Origin: Gammaproteobacteria bacterium
GTDB taxonomy: Bacteria; Pseudomonadota; Gammaproteobacteria; Eutrophobiales; Eutrophobiaceae
DNA: 64,000 nt
NCBI GenBank assembly: GCA_965215365.1
Contig: CBDCDS010000003.1
Coordinates: forward strand, 96,001 to 160,000
Direction of reading: 5' to 3'
Below are positions 1 through 9,222 of this stretch, one piece after another. Position 1 is the stretch's first letter, and every line of letters starts with the position of its first letter. The position numbers and the translations under genes were made by a program. Under the pieces are notes generated by a model. The model ran no database searches and was not told where the DNA came from. It saw only the letters and a program-made list of their open reading frames with translations.

Positions 1-610
1 CCTCATTGCTCATGCCCGCCACCAGGCGCAACTGTTCAATGCTGTTGAAGGGCGCATCCTGTGCGCCATAACCAGCGTGTTCATAGTCTCTGTCCTCGGC
101 GCCGGGGTTACGCCGCACGCTGTCCGGGTCGCGCCAGTCCAGGATAGCGTTCAGCATCAAATCCACATCGTCGCCGGGTTGAGCAGCCTGTTCCAGCAGT
201 GCTCGCAAGAGTTCGTCATGCGCTGTATTCAGGTCAACCTTGCCAGCCTCGTTGTGGATGCGCAGGCGAATATGGCCATCGCCAAAGTCCAGTGAATAAG
301 GTGTGCCATCCTGTAACCATTGCCGCTCGGCCTCGGGTTTCAGCAAATCGGCCAGCGCCAGCCACACCCCGGCTTCCGCCACCGCCCGCGACCGGGCCAG
401 TTCCAGCGCGTGGCTGGCAAGCCTGGTTTCGGTGCGCGTGGCATAGCCGTAACCAACCGCCAGGATAGTGAGCAGGCTCAGCAGCCACAGCGCTAATACC
501 AGGGCCGCGCCGTCTTGCCCGCGGCGGCGCGGCCGCCGCTCATGCTTGTCGGCAGCAACACCTGTCCCGAGCGCGCTGCCAGATTCGCAATGAGCGTCGG
601 TCGACGACAT
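1..610 (-). CDS. gspK: Type II secretion system protein K (runs off window start)
   Basis: Hand translation, not in ORF track: G-AALVLALWLLSLLTILA prepilin-like N-terminus, AEAGV, NEAGKVDLN, AILDWRDPD, GAEDRDY, APFNSIEQLRLVAGM; ATG at 610. Confidence 0.85.
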   Translation of the reverse strand, partial: MSSTDAHCESGSALGTGVAADKHERRPRRRGQDGAALVLALWLLSLLTILAVGYGYATRTETRLASHALELARSRAVAEAGVWLALADLLKPEAERQWLQDGTPYSLDFGDGHIRLRIHNEAGKVDLNTAHDELLRALLEQAAQPGDDVDLMLNAILDWRDPDSVRRNPGAEDRDYEHAGYGAQDAPFNSIEQLRLVAGMSNE

Positions 611-715
611 AGCTTGAGGCAGCCGCATATCTCCCCTGAAAAATCAAAACTGGCTGTGCAGTATATGGATATGCTGCCATTTTTACCATGCAAAGTTCAT
701 TTGCAAAGACATTTT

Positions 716-771
716 ATGAAATAAAACTACTTAAATTATTGTAAAAATCTAAAAAAGTAGTAATATTTCAT
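716..771. promoter_or_regulatory. Inverted pair of putative RpiR/HexR-type operators upstream of the ridA operon
   Basis: ATGAAATAAAACTACTT (716-732) and AAGTAGTAATATTTCAT (755-771) in AT-rich intergenic DNA; similar sites at 10822 and 14435. Confidence 0.55.
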
Positions 772-801
772 ATTGTCTATTATCACACGGGGGTGGATTG
801 C

Positions 802-1194
802 ATGAGTTTTCAGCGTATCGGCGGCGTTAAAACGGGTAGTGGCGGGCAGCGATTGCCATTCTGTCAGGCGGTCAGGGCGGGAGATTATGTGTATGTCTCA
901 GGCCAGGTAGCCATGGATGGGCGCGGTGAGATTATTGAGGGAGGGATCGTGCCGCAAGCCCACCAGACCATTGACAATGTCGTTGCCATCCTGAAGCAGG
1001 CCGAGTGTACTCTCGCAGACGTGGTAAAAGTCAATGTCTGGCTGGATGATACCAGGGATTTTCAAGCATTTAATCGCGTCTATGCCGACTATTTCGGTGA
1101 CCACCCGCCCGCCCGTTCCTGTGTACAATCCCGGCTCATGGTCGATGCAAAAGTAGAGCTGGATGTTATTGCCTACAAGCCCATGACAAAGTAG
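802..1194 (+). CDS. RidA/YjgF/UK114 family enamine/imine deaminase
   Basis: YVYVSGQV, VVKVNVWL, FNRVYADYF, PARSCV, VELDVIAY motifs. Confidence 0.9.
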   Translation: MSFQRIGGVKTGSGGQRLPFCQAVRAGDYVYVSGQVAMDGRGEIIEGGIVPQAHQTIDNVVAILKQAECTLADVVKVNVWLDDTRDFQAFNRVYADYFGDHPPARSCVQSRLMVDAKVELDVIAYKPMTK

Positions 1195-1198
1195 CTCA

Positions 1199-2374
1199 AT
1201 GAGTTACTCGGTCTATACGTACCCCTGGAATTTTACTGCGGATAATTACCGGCGCCGGCTGGATGACATTCAAGCCCTGGGCTTGCAGGGCATCAATCTG
1301 GCTGCGAGTTACCATGCTGGCAAGTTTATTCACCCCGGCGGCGTGCGCGGTCGTGTTTATTTCCCCGAGGACGGTGTGCTTTATTTCAAGCCACGCGCGG
1401 ATTATGGGCGCATCCGACCGGTCGCCAGCAGCCTGCTCGAAGATATTGACATTTTCGCACTGCTAGGTGGCGTTGACGGCTTGCCACTGAATGCCTGGAC
1501 GGTTTTGTTGCACAACACCCGGCTGGGTCTGCAATACCCGCAGGCAACGGTCAGGAATGCTTTTGGGGACGCCTACGTCTATAGCTTGTGTCCGGCCCAT
1601 CCCGAGGTGCGCGCGTATGCCGTGGCCCTGTGCCAAGACCTTGCCGCGCATTATCCGGTCAATAGCCTGCTGCTCGAGACCCCGGGTTACATGGCCTATC
1701 ACCATGGCTACCACCATGAATTTGCACAGGTATCCCCCAACACCTGGCTGGAGGCGCAGCTGGCGTTGTGTTTTTGCGAGCACTGTCTGGTTGGGGCCGA
1801 CCGAGTCGGCATCGACGGCGCGCGCTTGCGGGGAATGATCGCAGCGGCTATTGACGACTACCTGGACGGCAGTCAGGTCAACGGCCGCAGCAGCGCGTTG
1901 ACCTGGTTGGAAAATGATGTCCCTGAGCAGGCCGAGCTCGAGGCCTTTCTGGCTTGGCGCTGTGAGGTGGTGACGTCCTTGATCAGGGAAATTCGCGCAC
2001 GAGTGCGCCCGGAAGTGAACGTCAAGGTTATCACGACCACACAACCGTCGCATGCTACCAGCGTGCTGGAGGGCCATGACCTGCCGGCGTTGCAAGCCGC
2101 CGCTGACGGCCTGGAGGCGCCGTTGTATCAGTCATCGCCGGTAGCCTGCAAAGCAGAGGCTGAACAGGTGCTGAAGCAGGTCGGCACAGCAGCCTCCCTC
2201 AGCGTTATACTGCGGCCAGGCTGGCCGGATATGCATAGTGAACAGCAGCTTGTCGAAACACTGGCCGGCGCTGAGGCGCTGGGACTTCGGGATATCAATT
2301 TTTATAACTACGACATGCTGCGACCGCGGTACTTGCAGTGGTTGGAAAATGCGCTGAAGGGTGCCTCTAATTAA
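1199..2374 (+). CDS. Hypothetical glycoside-hydrolase-like TIM-barrel protein
   Basis: 391 aa; LAASYHAG, LCPAHPEVR, CFCEHC motifs; operonic spacing. Confidence 0.6.
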   Translation: MSYSVYTYPWNFTADNYRRRLDDIQALGLQGINLAASYHAGKFIHPGGVRGRVYFPEDGVLYFKPRADYGRIRPVASSLLEDIDIFALLGGVDGLPLNAWTVLLHNTRLGLQYPQATVRNAFGDAYVYSLCPAHPEVRAYAVALCQDLAAHYPVNSLLLETPGYMAYHHGYHHEFAQVSPNTWLEAQLALCFCEHCLVGADRVGIDGARLRGMIAAAIDDYLDGSQVNGRSSALTWLENDVPEQAELEAFLAWRCEVVTSLIREIRARVRPEVNVKVITTTQPSHATSVLEGHDLPALQAAADGLEAPLYQSSPVACKAEAEQVLKQVGTAASLSVILRPGWPDMHSEQQLVETLAGAEALGLRDINFYNYDMLRPRYLQWLENALKGASN

Positions 2375-2385
2375 TAGAGGTGACC
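2359..2385. repeat. Short palindromic repeat GGGTGCCTCTAATTAATAGAGGTGACC
   Basis: Recurs at 33684-33718 and 34195-34225; supplies the TAA of the upstream gene. Confidence 0.75.
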
Positions 2386-2404
2386 ATAAATCGGAGGCAA
2401 ACTG

Positions 2405-3193
2405 ATGGAGGGTTATCGTTTTGACGACAAAATCGTGCTGGTTACCGGTGCCGCCGGGGGGGTAGGCCAGGGCTTGTGCCGATATTTTTGCGAGCGTGGC
2501 GCCAGCGTACTGGCGCAGGATAGAAACCACGCGTTATTGCAGCAGTTGGTTGACGAGTTGGGGGAAAATTGTACCTCGGTAGCTGCCGACGTGACCGATC
2601 TGCCGGCATTAAGGAAGGCCGTCGCGGCTGCGACGGACCGGGTCGGCGCGGTTGACATTCTGTTGAACAATGCCGGGGGCGCCTCTGCGACCGCCCTTGC
2701 CAACCTGACTCCGGAAGCATGGCAGCATGACCTGAATCTCAACCTGACCGGCGCTTACCACTGTGTCGAGACGGTCAAAGAGGCCATGTTTGCGCGCGCT
2801 CGGGGAGTGATTATCAATATCGGCTCCGTCAATTCACTCTCCACCCTCGGGCACCCTGCCTACAGCGCCGCCAAGGCGGGCCTGAGCAGCTACACCAAAG
2901 CGCTCGCCGTCGAGTATGGCAGCAAGGGAATCCGGGCAAACCTGCTGAATCTGGGCACCGTCAAAACCCAGGCATGGAACGAGCGATTGGCCAGGAACCC
3001 TAGAATCTTTGAAGAATTGAAGAAATGGTATCCCTTGAGAAACTTCGCAGAGCCGCAGGATGTGGCTGCCGTTTGCGGCTTCCTGGCCTCGCCGGATGCG
3101 CGCTACATCACCGGCGCCATCATTCCTGTCGATGCCGGTCTGACTGCCGGCAATACCGTGCTGGCCGCGGCGCTGACGCTTGAGGAATTTTAG
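2405..3193 (+). CDS. SDR family oxidoreductase (candidate N-acetylhexosamine dehydrogenase)
   Basis: TGAAGGVG, NNAG, YSAAK catalytic motif. Confidence 0.9.
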   Translation: MEGYRFDDKIVLVTGAAGGVGQGLCRYFCERGASVLAQDRNHALLQQLVDELGENCTSVAADVTDLPALRKAVAAATDRVGAVDILLNNAGGASATALANLTPEAWQHDLNLNLTGAYHCVETVKEAMFARARGVIINIGSVNSLSTLGHPAYSAAKAGLSSYTKALAVEYGSKGIRANLLNLGTVKTQAWNERLARNPRIFEELKKWYPLRNFAEPQDVAAVCGFLASPDARYITGAIIPVDAGLTAGNTVLAAALTLEEF

Positions 3194-3329
3194 CCCGCAG
3201 ATCTCACCAAGACCAGCGCGGGCGCATCAAGCGCAGTGGGTTAGGTGGAAAGAGCAGCAGTATTACCATAACTTATTGATAGCAATTATGTTTCACAAAG
3301 CAACAAGCGACTTGGTGGGATCTGCGGGC
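3193..3329 (+). mobile_element. Internally deleted MITE copy (137 bp)
   Basis: Both terminal inverted repeats present (GCCCGCAGATCTCACC ... GGTGGGATCTGCGGGC); middle deleted at ACCAAG microhomology. Confidence 0.85.
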
Positions 3330-4634
3330 CAGGTGACGCTGACTCTGGAGCCGCTGCTGTCAGCCCCCTTGGAGGCAGGCACCAAAGGGCTTCCGTGCGC
3401 TGCCTCCGGGATAATGTTAGCGGAGGTCCCGGAACGTAACTGGAACCTGCTGCAAGGCTGCATCCCACTGCCTAGCGCCGTGCTCAAACAGCGGGTGCTG
3501 GAGCATAACGCCAAGTGGATGCAGGATTTTCAGGCACGCGCCGGCTTGTTGCTGGCGCCACATGGAAAAACCACCATGGCACCACAGTTGTTTGACTTAC
3601 AGCTGCGCCATGGCGCCTGGGGCATTACGGTGGCAACGGTGCAGCAGCTGCAGGTTTGTCGCCGGTTCGGTGTGCAACGCGTACTGATGGCGAATCAGTT
3701 GCTATCGAGCAACGATATTGCCTATGTGGCCGCGGAGCTGCGCCGGGATCAGGCGTTTGAATTTTATTGTCTGGTCGATTCTGTCGCCGGTGCAGAGCGC
3801 CTGCAACGGCATTTGGAATACGCCGGCGCCGCGCCGCCATTGCGTACATTGGTGGAGGTGGGCATGGTCGGTGGGCGCACGGGATGCCGCACGGCGCACG
3901 CGGCAATCCGGGTCGCGCAGCGTATCGCCACGCTGTCCCGGCTCTCCCTGCACGGGGTGGAGTGTTATGAGGGTATCATCGCCACCGGCGACCCGGCGCA
4001 AGACGAACAAGCGATTACGGCCTTGCTCGAACGCGCGCTGGATGTTTACCATGCCTGCAAAACGCAGCAGTTATTTGCCGATCAACACTGTGTGCTGCTC
4101 AGTGCCGGCGGCTCAGCCTGGTTTGATGTGGTGGCTGCTACATTTGGCCGTGTGCGCGACGAGACAGTCCGGGTCATTGTCCGTAGCGGTTGCTATCTGC
4201 CGCATGATTCATTGTTCTACCAGCGCCATTTCCAGGGCTTGCGGGCGCGGCGCCAGACACAGGCCGAGCCGGAAGATGCTCTCAAGCCGGCTCTGGAGGT
4301 CTGGGCCAGTGTGCAGTCGGTGCCGGAGCCGCAGCTGGCGGTGCTCAGTGTGGGCAAACGCGATGTGTCCCACGACCTGGAACTTCCCGTGGTGGAAAAG
4401 TGGTTCCGTCCCGGGGTGTCCGCAGCGCCGGCGCCGCTGACGGGGAGCGCAACCATCCGGGCGCTGCATGATCAGCACGCCTGTCTGCATTTTTCCGGGG
4501 GAACCGATCTGGCTGTAGGTGACATGCTCGCCCTGGGTGTGTCTCATCCCTGTACGACCTTCGATAAATGGCAGTTGCTGTGGCTGGTGGATGACGACTA
4601 TAACGTTACCGGCGGCATACGCACGTTCTTCTGA
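3288..4634 (+). CDS. PLP fold-III D-serine dehydratase-like amino acid deaminase (candidate hexosaminate ammonia-lyase)
   Basis: APHGKTTM PLP lysine, GGRTGCR, CYEG, SAGGS, RSGCY, HDQH, SHPCTTFDKW; start is ATG 3288 (inside MITE) or GTG 3333. Confidence 0.85.
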   Translation: MFHKATSDLVGSAGQVTLTLEPLLSAPLEAGTKGLPCAASGIMLAEVPERNWNLLQGCIPLPSAVLKQRVLEHNAKWMQDFQARAGLLLAPHGKTTMAPQLFDLQLRHGAWGITVATVQQLQVCRRFGVQRVLMANQLLSSNDIAYVAAELRRDQAFEFYCLVDSVAGAERLQRHLEYAGAAPPLRTLVEVGMVGGRTGCRTAHAAIRVAQRIATLSRLSLHGVECYEGIIATGDPAQDEQAITALLERALDVYHACKTQQLFADQHCVLLSAGGSAWFDVVAATFGRVRDETVRVIVRSGCYLPHDSLFYQRHFQGLRARRQTQAEPEDALKPALEVWASVQSVPEPQLAVLSVGKRDVSHDLELPVVEKWFRPGVSAAPAPLTGSATIRALHDQHACLHFSGGTDLAVGDMLALGVSHPCTTFDKWQLLWLVDDDYNVTGGIRTFF

Positions 4635-4643
4635 GTCACTGAC

Positions 4644-6146
4644 ATGTCTCAGTGCCATGATGTTACTATGCCGCAACGCTATGATCTGGTATTGCGTGGC
4701 GGCGAGCTCATAGACGGCAGTGGTGCCGCCCGCTCCCGTGCCGATGTCGCGGTGTGCGATGATCGAATCGCACATGTCGGCCGGCTGCACCGGCCGGATG
4801 CCGCGCGGATACTTGATATCAGCGGCAAGATTATCTGCCCGGGTTTTATTGATGTGCACACCCATGACGACCGGGCCTGTATCGACACCCCAGCCATGCG
4901 CCCCAAAACTAGCCAGGGGGTGACCACGGTGGTGGTTGGTAATTGCGGCCTCAGTCTGGCGCCGTTGATGGGCGCGGGCCGCCTGCCGGAGCCGTTGAAT
5001 CTGCTGGGCGAGGAGTCGGCATTTGAATTTGGCAATTTTCAAGACTATGTCGATGCCGTGAAACAAGCAAAACCAGCAGTCAACGTGCGGGCGCTGACAG
5101 GGCATTCGACCTTGCGCGTGGCGGTCATGCGCGAACTTGATAAAAAGGCCACCGCGCGCGAGCTTGACTCCATGTTGAAACTTCTTGATGACGCCCTAGA
5201 TGCCGGCGCCGCCGGCCTTAGCAGCGGCGTATTCTATCCGCCAGGCAGCGCCGCCGACCTAGAAGAGCTGGCAGCCCTGGCAGGACTCGTAGGGGAGAAA
5301 CAAGGAGTCTATGCGGTGCATCTGCGTGATGAATATGATCGGGTGCTCGAAGCTATGCAGGAGGCGGTGGACACCGCGCGCACGGGTCGGGTTCCCATGG
5401 TCATTTCCCATCACAAATGCGCTGGCGTGCAGAACTGGGGCAGAACGGCTGAGACCCTGGCGCTGCTTGATACGGCATCGCAGCAACAGGCCATCAACAT
5501 CGACTGCTACCCCTATACCGCCGGTTCCAGCGTGCTTGCTCCCGAACTGGTGGACGGCAGGATAAAAATTCTGGTCACCTGGTCGGCCGCCCAGCCTGAG
5601 CTGGGCGGGCGCTATCTTGATGATATTGCGGCACACTGGCGATGCAGCCAACAGCAGGCTGCCGAACGCCTGATGCCCGGTGGCGCCTGCTATTTTCAGA
5701 TGCACGAAGATGATGTGCGCAGAGTACTGCAACACCCGTCCTGCATGGTCGGCTCGGATGGTTTGCCGAACGATCCGCGCCCCCATCCCCGGTTGTGGGG
5801 AACGTTTCCCCGGGTGTTGGGACATTACGTGCGTGATGAAGGGTTGCTGCCGTTGGAGACGGCCATCCACAAGATGAGCGGTTTGTCGGCCTCGGTATTC
5901 AACATTTCGGCGCGGGGTCTGGTGCGGCCGGGTGCCTATGCTGACCTGGTAGTGTTTGATGCGGAAAAAATCCGTGACAACGCAACCTACGAAGCGCCAT
6001 GCGTAGCGGCCAGTGGAATCGACCATGTTCTGGTGAATGGCGAATTCGTACTGGACCAGGGAGAGGCAACCGGCCGCCGCGCCGGCCGATTTATCTCGCA
6101 TAAAGAAGGCGCGCATGCGGGTTTAGAGATTTCTGAAAGTTCTTGA
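4644..6146 (+). CDS. N-acyl-D-amino-acid deacylase (D-aminoacylase)
   Basis: PGFIDVHTHDD, GVTTVVVGNCG, HLRDE, SHHK, GSDG, PHPRLWGTFPRVLG. Confidence 0.9.
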   Translation: MSQCHDVTMPQRYDLVLRGGELIDGSGAARSRADVAVCDDRIAHVGRLHRPDAARILDISGKIICPGFIDVHTHDDRACIDTPAMRPKTSQGVTTVVVGNCGLSLAPLMGAGRLPEPLNLLGEESAFEFGNFQDYVDAVKQAKPAVNVRALTGHSTLRVAVMRELDKKATARELDSMLKLLDDALDAGAAGLSSGVFYPPGSAADLEELAALAGLVGEKQGVYAVHLRDEYDRVLEAMQEAVDTARTGRVPMVISHHKCAGVQNWGRTAETLALLDTASQQQAINIDCYPYTAGSSVLAPELVDGRIKILVTWSAAQPELGGRYLDDIAAHWRCSQQQAAERLMPGGACYFQMHEDDVRRVLQHPSCMVGSDGLPNDPRPHPRLWGTFPRVLGHYVRDEGLLPLETAIHKMSGLSASVFNISARGLVRPGAYADLVVFDAEKIRDNATYEAPCVAASGIDHVLVNGEFVLDQGEATGRRAGRFISHKEGAHAGLEISESS

Positions 6147-6156
6147 GGAGAATACT

Positions 6157-7782
6157 ATGATGATGAAAAAACTGTTCCAATGCTGCATCGGCCTGGTGTT
6201 ATTATCGGCGCTGTCGGAGGTGGCGCCGGCCGCGCAGCCTGAGCTTACAGTGATTCCACAACCACTGTCCTGGCAACCGACTCCGGCTGCGTTCACAATC
6301 GATGCCGGCACCACCGTAATTGCCACTGAAGACGCAGCGGCGTCGGCTTCCTGGCTTGCCCGACAGCTGCGTCAAGTCACCGGTTTTGAATTGCCCGTCC
6401 GGCGCGCCAAGGCTGCGGGTGATTCCGGCGCGCTCAGTTTGCGGCTGTTAGCGCCGCCGTCACAGCAGCCGGAGCTGGGCAAGGAGGGTTACCGCCTGCT
6501 GGTGGAAAATGGCCGGATAGAGATCTCCGCCAACGCGCCGGCAGGTCTGTTTTACGGTGTGCAGACACTGCTGCAGATGCTGCCTCCGGCCATTTACGCG
6601 CGGCAAGCCCGTTCCTTCAGCCCGGACGAACTTGCTATTGCCGGCATTGCGATAACGGACCGCCCCAGGTTCGGTTGGAGGGGGCTGATGATCGATGTCT
6701 CCCGTCACTTTTTCTCCAAGGAACAATTATTCAAAACCCTTGACGCCATGGCCATGCACAAACTCAATGTGCTCCATCTGCATCTGACAGATGACCCGGG
6801 TTGGCGTCTGGAAATTGATCAGTATCCGAAACTTGTCGATGTGGGTGCGGTCGGCGATATGTCCAATCCCGAGGGTCCGGCCCGGTGGTATTTTTCAAAA
6901 GATGAAATGCGCGAGATTATCGAGTATGCCAGACAGCGCCATATCAGGGTGGTGCCCGAGATCGATATGCCGGGTCACGCCTTGGCCGCGGCCAAGGCGT
7001 ATCCGCAATTTTTCGACGGCTACAAAACCTTCAATCCCGGCAACAAGGATACCTACGAATTTGTCAGAAACATTTTAACCGAAGTGATGGAGCTGTTTCC
7101 CTCCGGCTACCTCCACTTCGGCGGCGATGAGGTCAGAGACCATCGCTGGGCCGAACTGCCCGAGATTGCCGCCCTCATGCAGGAACATGGTTTTACCGAC
7201 CTGCATGAAGTAGAAGGGTATTTTGACCGTTTTGTCGCGGACTTCATCGTCGAGCAGGGCTACACGCCCATCGGTTGGGACGAAGTGGTTAATTTTGACG
7301 TCAATCCGGCGACGGTGGTGCAATGGTGGTTGCATCTTCGGCCCGAGACGCTGGACCTTGCTATCAAGAAGGGTCATCAGGTCATCATCTCGCCCACCAA
7401 CTACCTGTATTTCGACTATCCCAACTACGTGGGAGAGCCGGGCGCCCCCTGGGAAGGGAACGAAAACGGCCCCAATTCGGTGGAGCTGATTTACCAGTGG
7501 GAACCGGTCCCCGATACCTGGACGTCCGCGCAGGAAGCGCAAGTCCTGGGGCTGCAAGCCAACCTGTGGACGGAGTTGATCAAAACCAACGAGTATTATG
7601 AATACATGATCTTTCCCAGGTTATCTTCTTTGGCAGAAATAGCCTGGAGCCCAAAAGGGGACAAAGATCTGGAGGGTTTCCAGCGCCGCATCGAAATTCA
7701 GTGTCAACGCTATGAGGCAATGGGGCTCAACTACCGCAAGTACGAACAATGGCCCAGTGACTTCAGGTACATGAGACACTGA
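6157..7782 (+). CDS. GH20 beta-N-acetylhexosaminidase, secreted
   Basis: Signal peptide; WRGLMIDVSRHF, HLHLTDD, PEIDMPGH, HFGGDE catalytic motif. Confidence 0.93.
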   Translation: MMMKKLFQCCIGLVLLSALSEVAPAAQPELTVIPQPLSWQPTPAAFTIDAGTTVIATEDAAASASWLARQLRQVTGFELPVRRAKAAGDSGALSLRLLAPPSQQPELGKEGYRLLVENGRIEISANAPAGLFYGVQTLLQMLPPAIYARQARSFSPDELAIAGIAITDRPRFGWRGLMIDVSRHFFSKEQLFKTLDAMAMHKLNVLHLHLTDDPGWRLEIDQYPKLVDVGAVGDMSNPEGPARWYFSKDEMREIIEYARQRHIRVVPEIDMPGHALAAAKAYPQFFDGYKTFNPGNKDTYEFVRNILTEVMELFPSGYLHFGGDEVRDHRWAELPEIAALMQEHGFTDLHEVEGYFDRFVADFIVEQGYTPIGWDEVVNFDVNPATVVQWWLHLRPETLDLAIKKGHQVIISPTNYLYFDYPNYVGEPGAPWEGNENGPNSVELIYQWEPVPDTWTSAQEAQVLGLQANLWTELIKTNEYYEYMIFPRLSSLAEIAWSPKGDKDLEGFQRRIEIQCQRYEAMGLNYRKYEQWPSDFRYMRH

Positions 7783-7816
7783 TAGGCGCCTGCCTGATAA
7801 CGCGGCCACACATTAC

Positions 7817-8443
7817 TCAAGCAGTCAGGCTGTCGCGGCAGGCGGCGACTAGCGTGGCCGCCGCCGCGCTGAGCTCAGCTAAGGATTTACCTGGCTTGTA
7901 GAGTGCCGAGCCGATACCAAATCCGTTGGTGCCGTGGCGCACATACTCCTTCATGTTGGCGCTGTTGATACCGCCCACCGCACACAAGGGAAACTGCGCC
8001 GGCAGCACGGCGCGCACAGCCTTAACGGCAGCCGGCGGCAGCAGCTCGGCCGGGAACAGTTTTGCTGCATCAGCGCCCGTTGCGAGGGCCGTCAGGAGCT
8101 CCGATGGCGTCAGGCTGCCCGGCATGGAGACCATGTTCAAGCGTTTTGTTGCGGCAATGACTGCCGGATTGGTATTGGGAGAGACTACCAGCTGCGCGCC
8201 GGCCTGATGCACGGCGCTGACCTCAGTGGCACTCAGTACCGTGCCGGCGCCAATCAGCGCCTTGTTGGCATAGTTTTTTGCCAACAGCTGAATTGAGGCG
8301 CAGGCGTCAGGGGAGTTCAACGGCACTTCCATCATTACTATGCCCACTTCCAGCAGCGTCTCAGCGACAGGTAGCGCCTCAGCCGGCGTGATGCCGCGCA
8401 AGATGGCAATTAACGGCAGAGTTTTCATATAATCATTGAGCAT
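7817..8443 (-). CDS. dgoA: 2-dehydro-3-deoxy-6-phosphogalactonate aldolase
   Basis: PLIAILRG, EVPLNSP, GAGTV, KLFPAE, AVGGI, FGIGSALYKPG. Confidence 0.9.
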   Translation of the reverse strand: MLNDYMKTLPLIAILRGITPAEALPVAETLLEVGIVMMEVPLNSPDACASIQLLAKNYANKALIGAGTVLSATEVSAVHQAGAQLVVSPNTNPAVIAATKRLNMVSMPGSLTPSELLTALATGADAAKLFPAELLPPAAVKAVRAVLPAQFPLCAVGGINSANMKEYVRHGTNGFGIGSALYKPGKSLAELSAAAATLVAACRDSLTA

Positions 8444-8495
8444 TTTTTATAACCTGCTTACATGTGGTGACCTGAGCGGCGCGCCAGTTTCCATA

Positions 8496-9222
8496 GCCCG
8501 CAGATCTCACCGAGTGATGCGAAGATCGCGCCGGATTGGTTCTGCCTGCGGGTGCCTGCGCCCGAAAGCATAGCGGTAGCTATGGTTGAGGAAGCACGTG
8601 CCCGCAGGCAGAACCAAGACCAGCGAGGGCGCATCAAGCGCAGTGTGTCAGGTGGAAAGAGTAGCAGTATTACCATCACTTATTGAGAGCAATTATGTTT
8701 CACAAGGCAACAAGCGACTGGGTGAGATCTGCGGGTTAGCCCGCAGATCTCACCGAGTGATGCGAAGATCGCGCCGGATTGGTTCTGCCTGCGGGTGCCT
8801 GCGCCCGAAAGCATAGCGGTAGCTATGGTTGAACAAGCACGTGCCCGCAGGCAGAACCAAGACCAGCGAGGGCGCATCAAGCGCAGTGTGTCAGGTGGAA
8901 AGAGTAGCAGTATGATCATCACTTATTGAGAACCATCATGTTTCATAAGACGACAAGCGACTGGGTGAGATCTGCGGGTTAGCCCGCAGATCTCACCGAG
9001 TGATGCGAAGATCGCGCCGGATTGGTTCTGCCTGCGGGTGCCTGCGCCCGAAAGCATAGCGGTAGCTATGGTTGAGGAAGCACGTGCCCGCAGGCAGAAC
9101 CAAGACCAGCGAGGGCGCATCAAGCGCAGTGGGTTATGCGGAAAGAGCAGCAGTATGATCATCACTTATTGAGAACCATCATGTTTCATAAGACGACAAG
9201 CGACTGGGTGAGATATGCGGGT
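8496..9222 (+). mobile_element. Three tandem 241-bp MITE copies (8496-8736, 8739-8979, 8982-9222) separated by TA
   Basis: 243-bp period; TIR RCCCGCAKATCTCACC; internal 17-bp inverted repeat (8536-8552 / 8601-8617). Confidence 0.95.

Noticed and set aside
8458-9165. 73-80 aa ORFs (also 43537, 58413) as independent genes
   Set aside because: They are the MITE's internal frame; no independent support as proteins
8496-9222. Tandem array as a CRISPR array
   Set aside because: Units are 243 bp, nearly identical, have TIRs and no unique spacers
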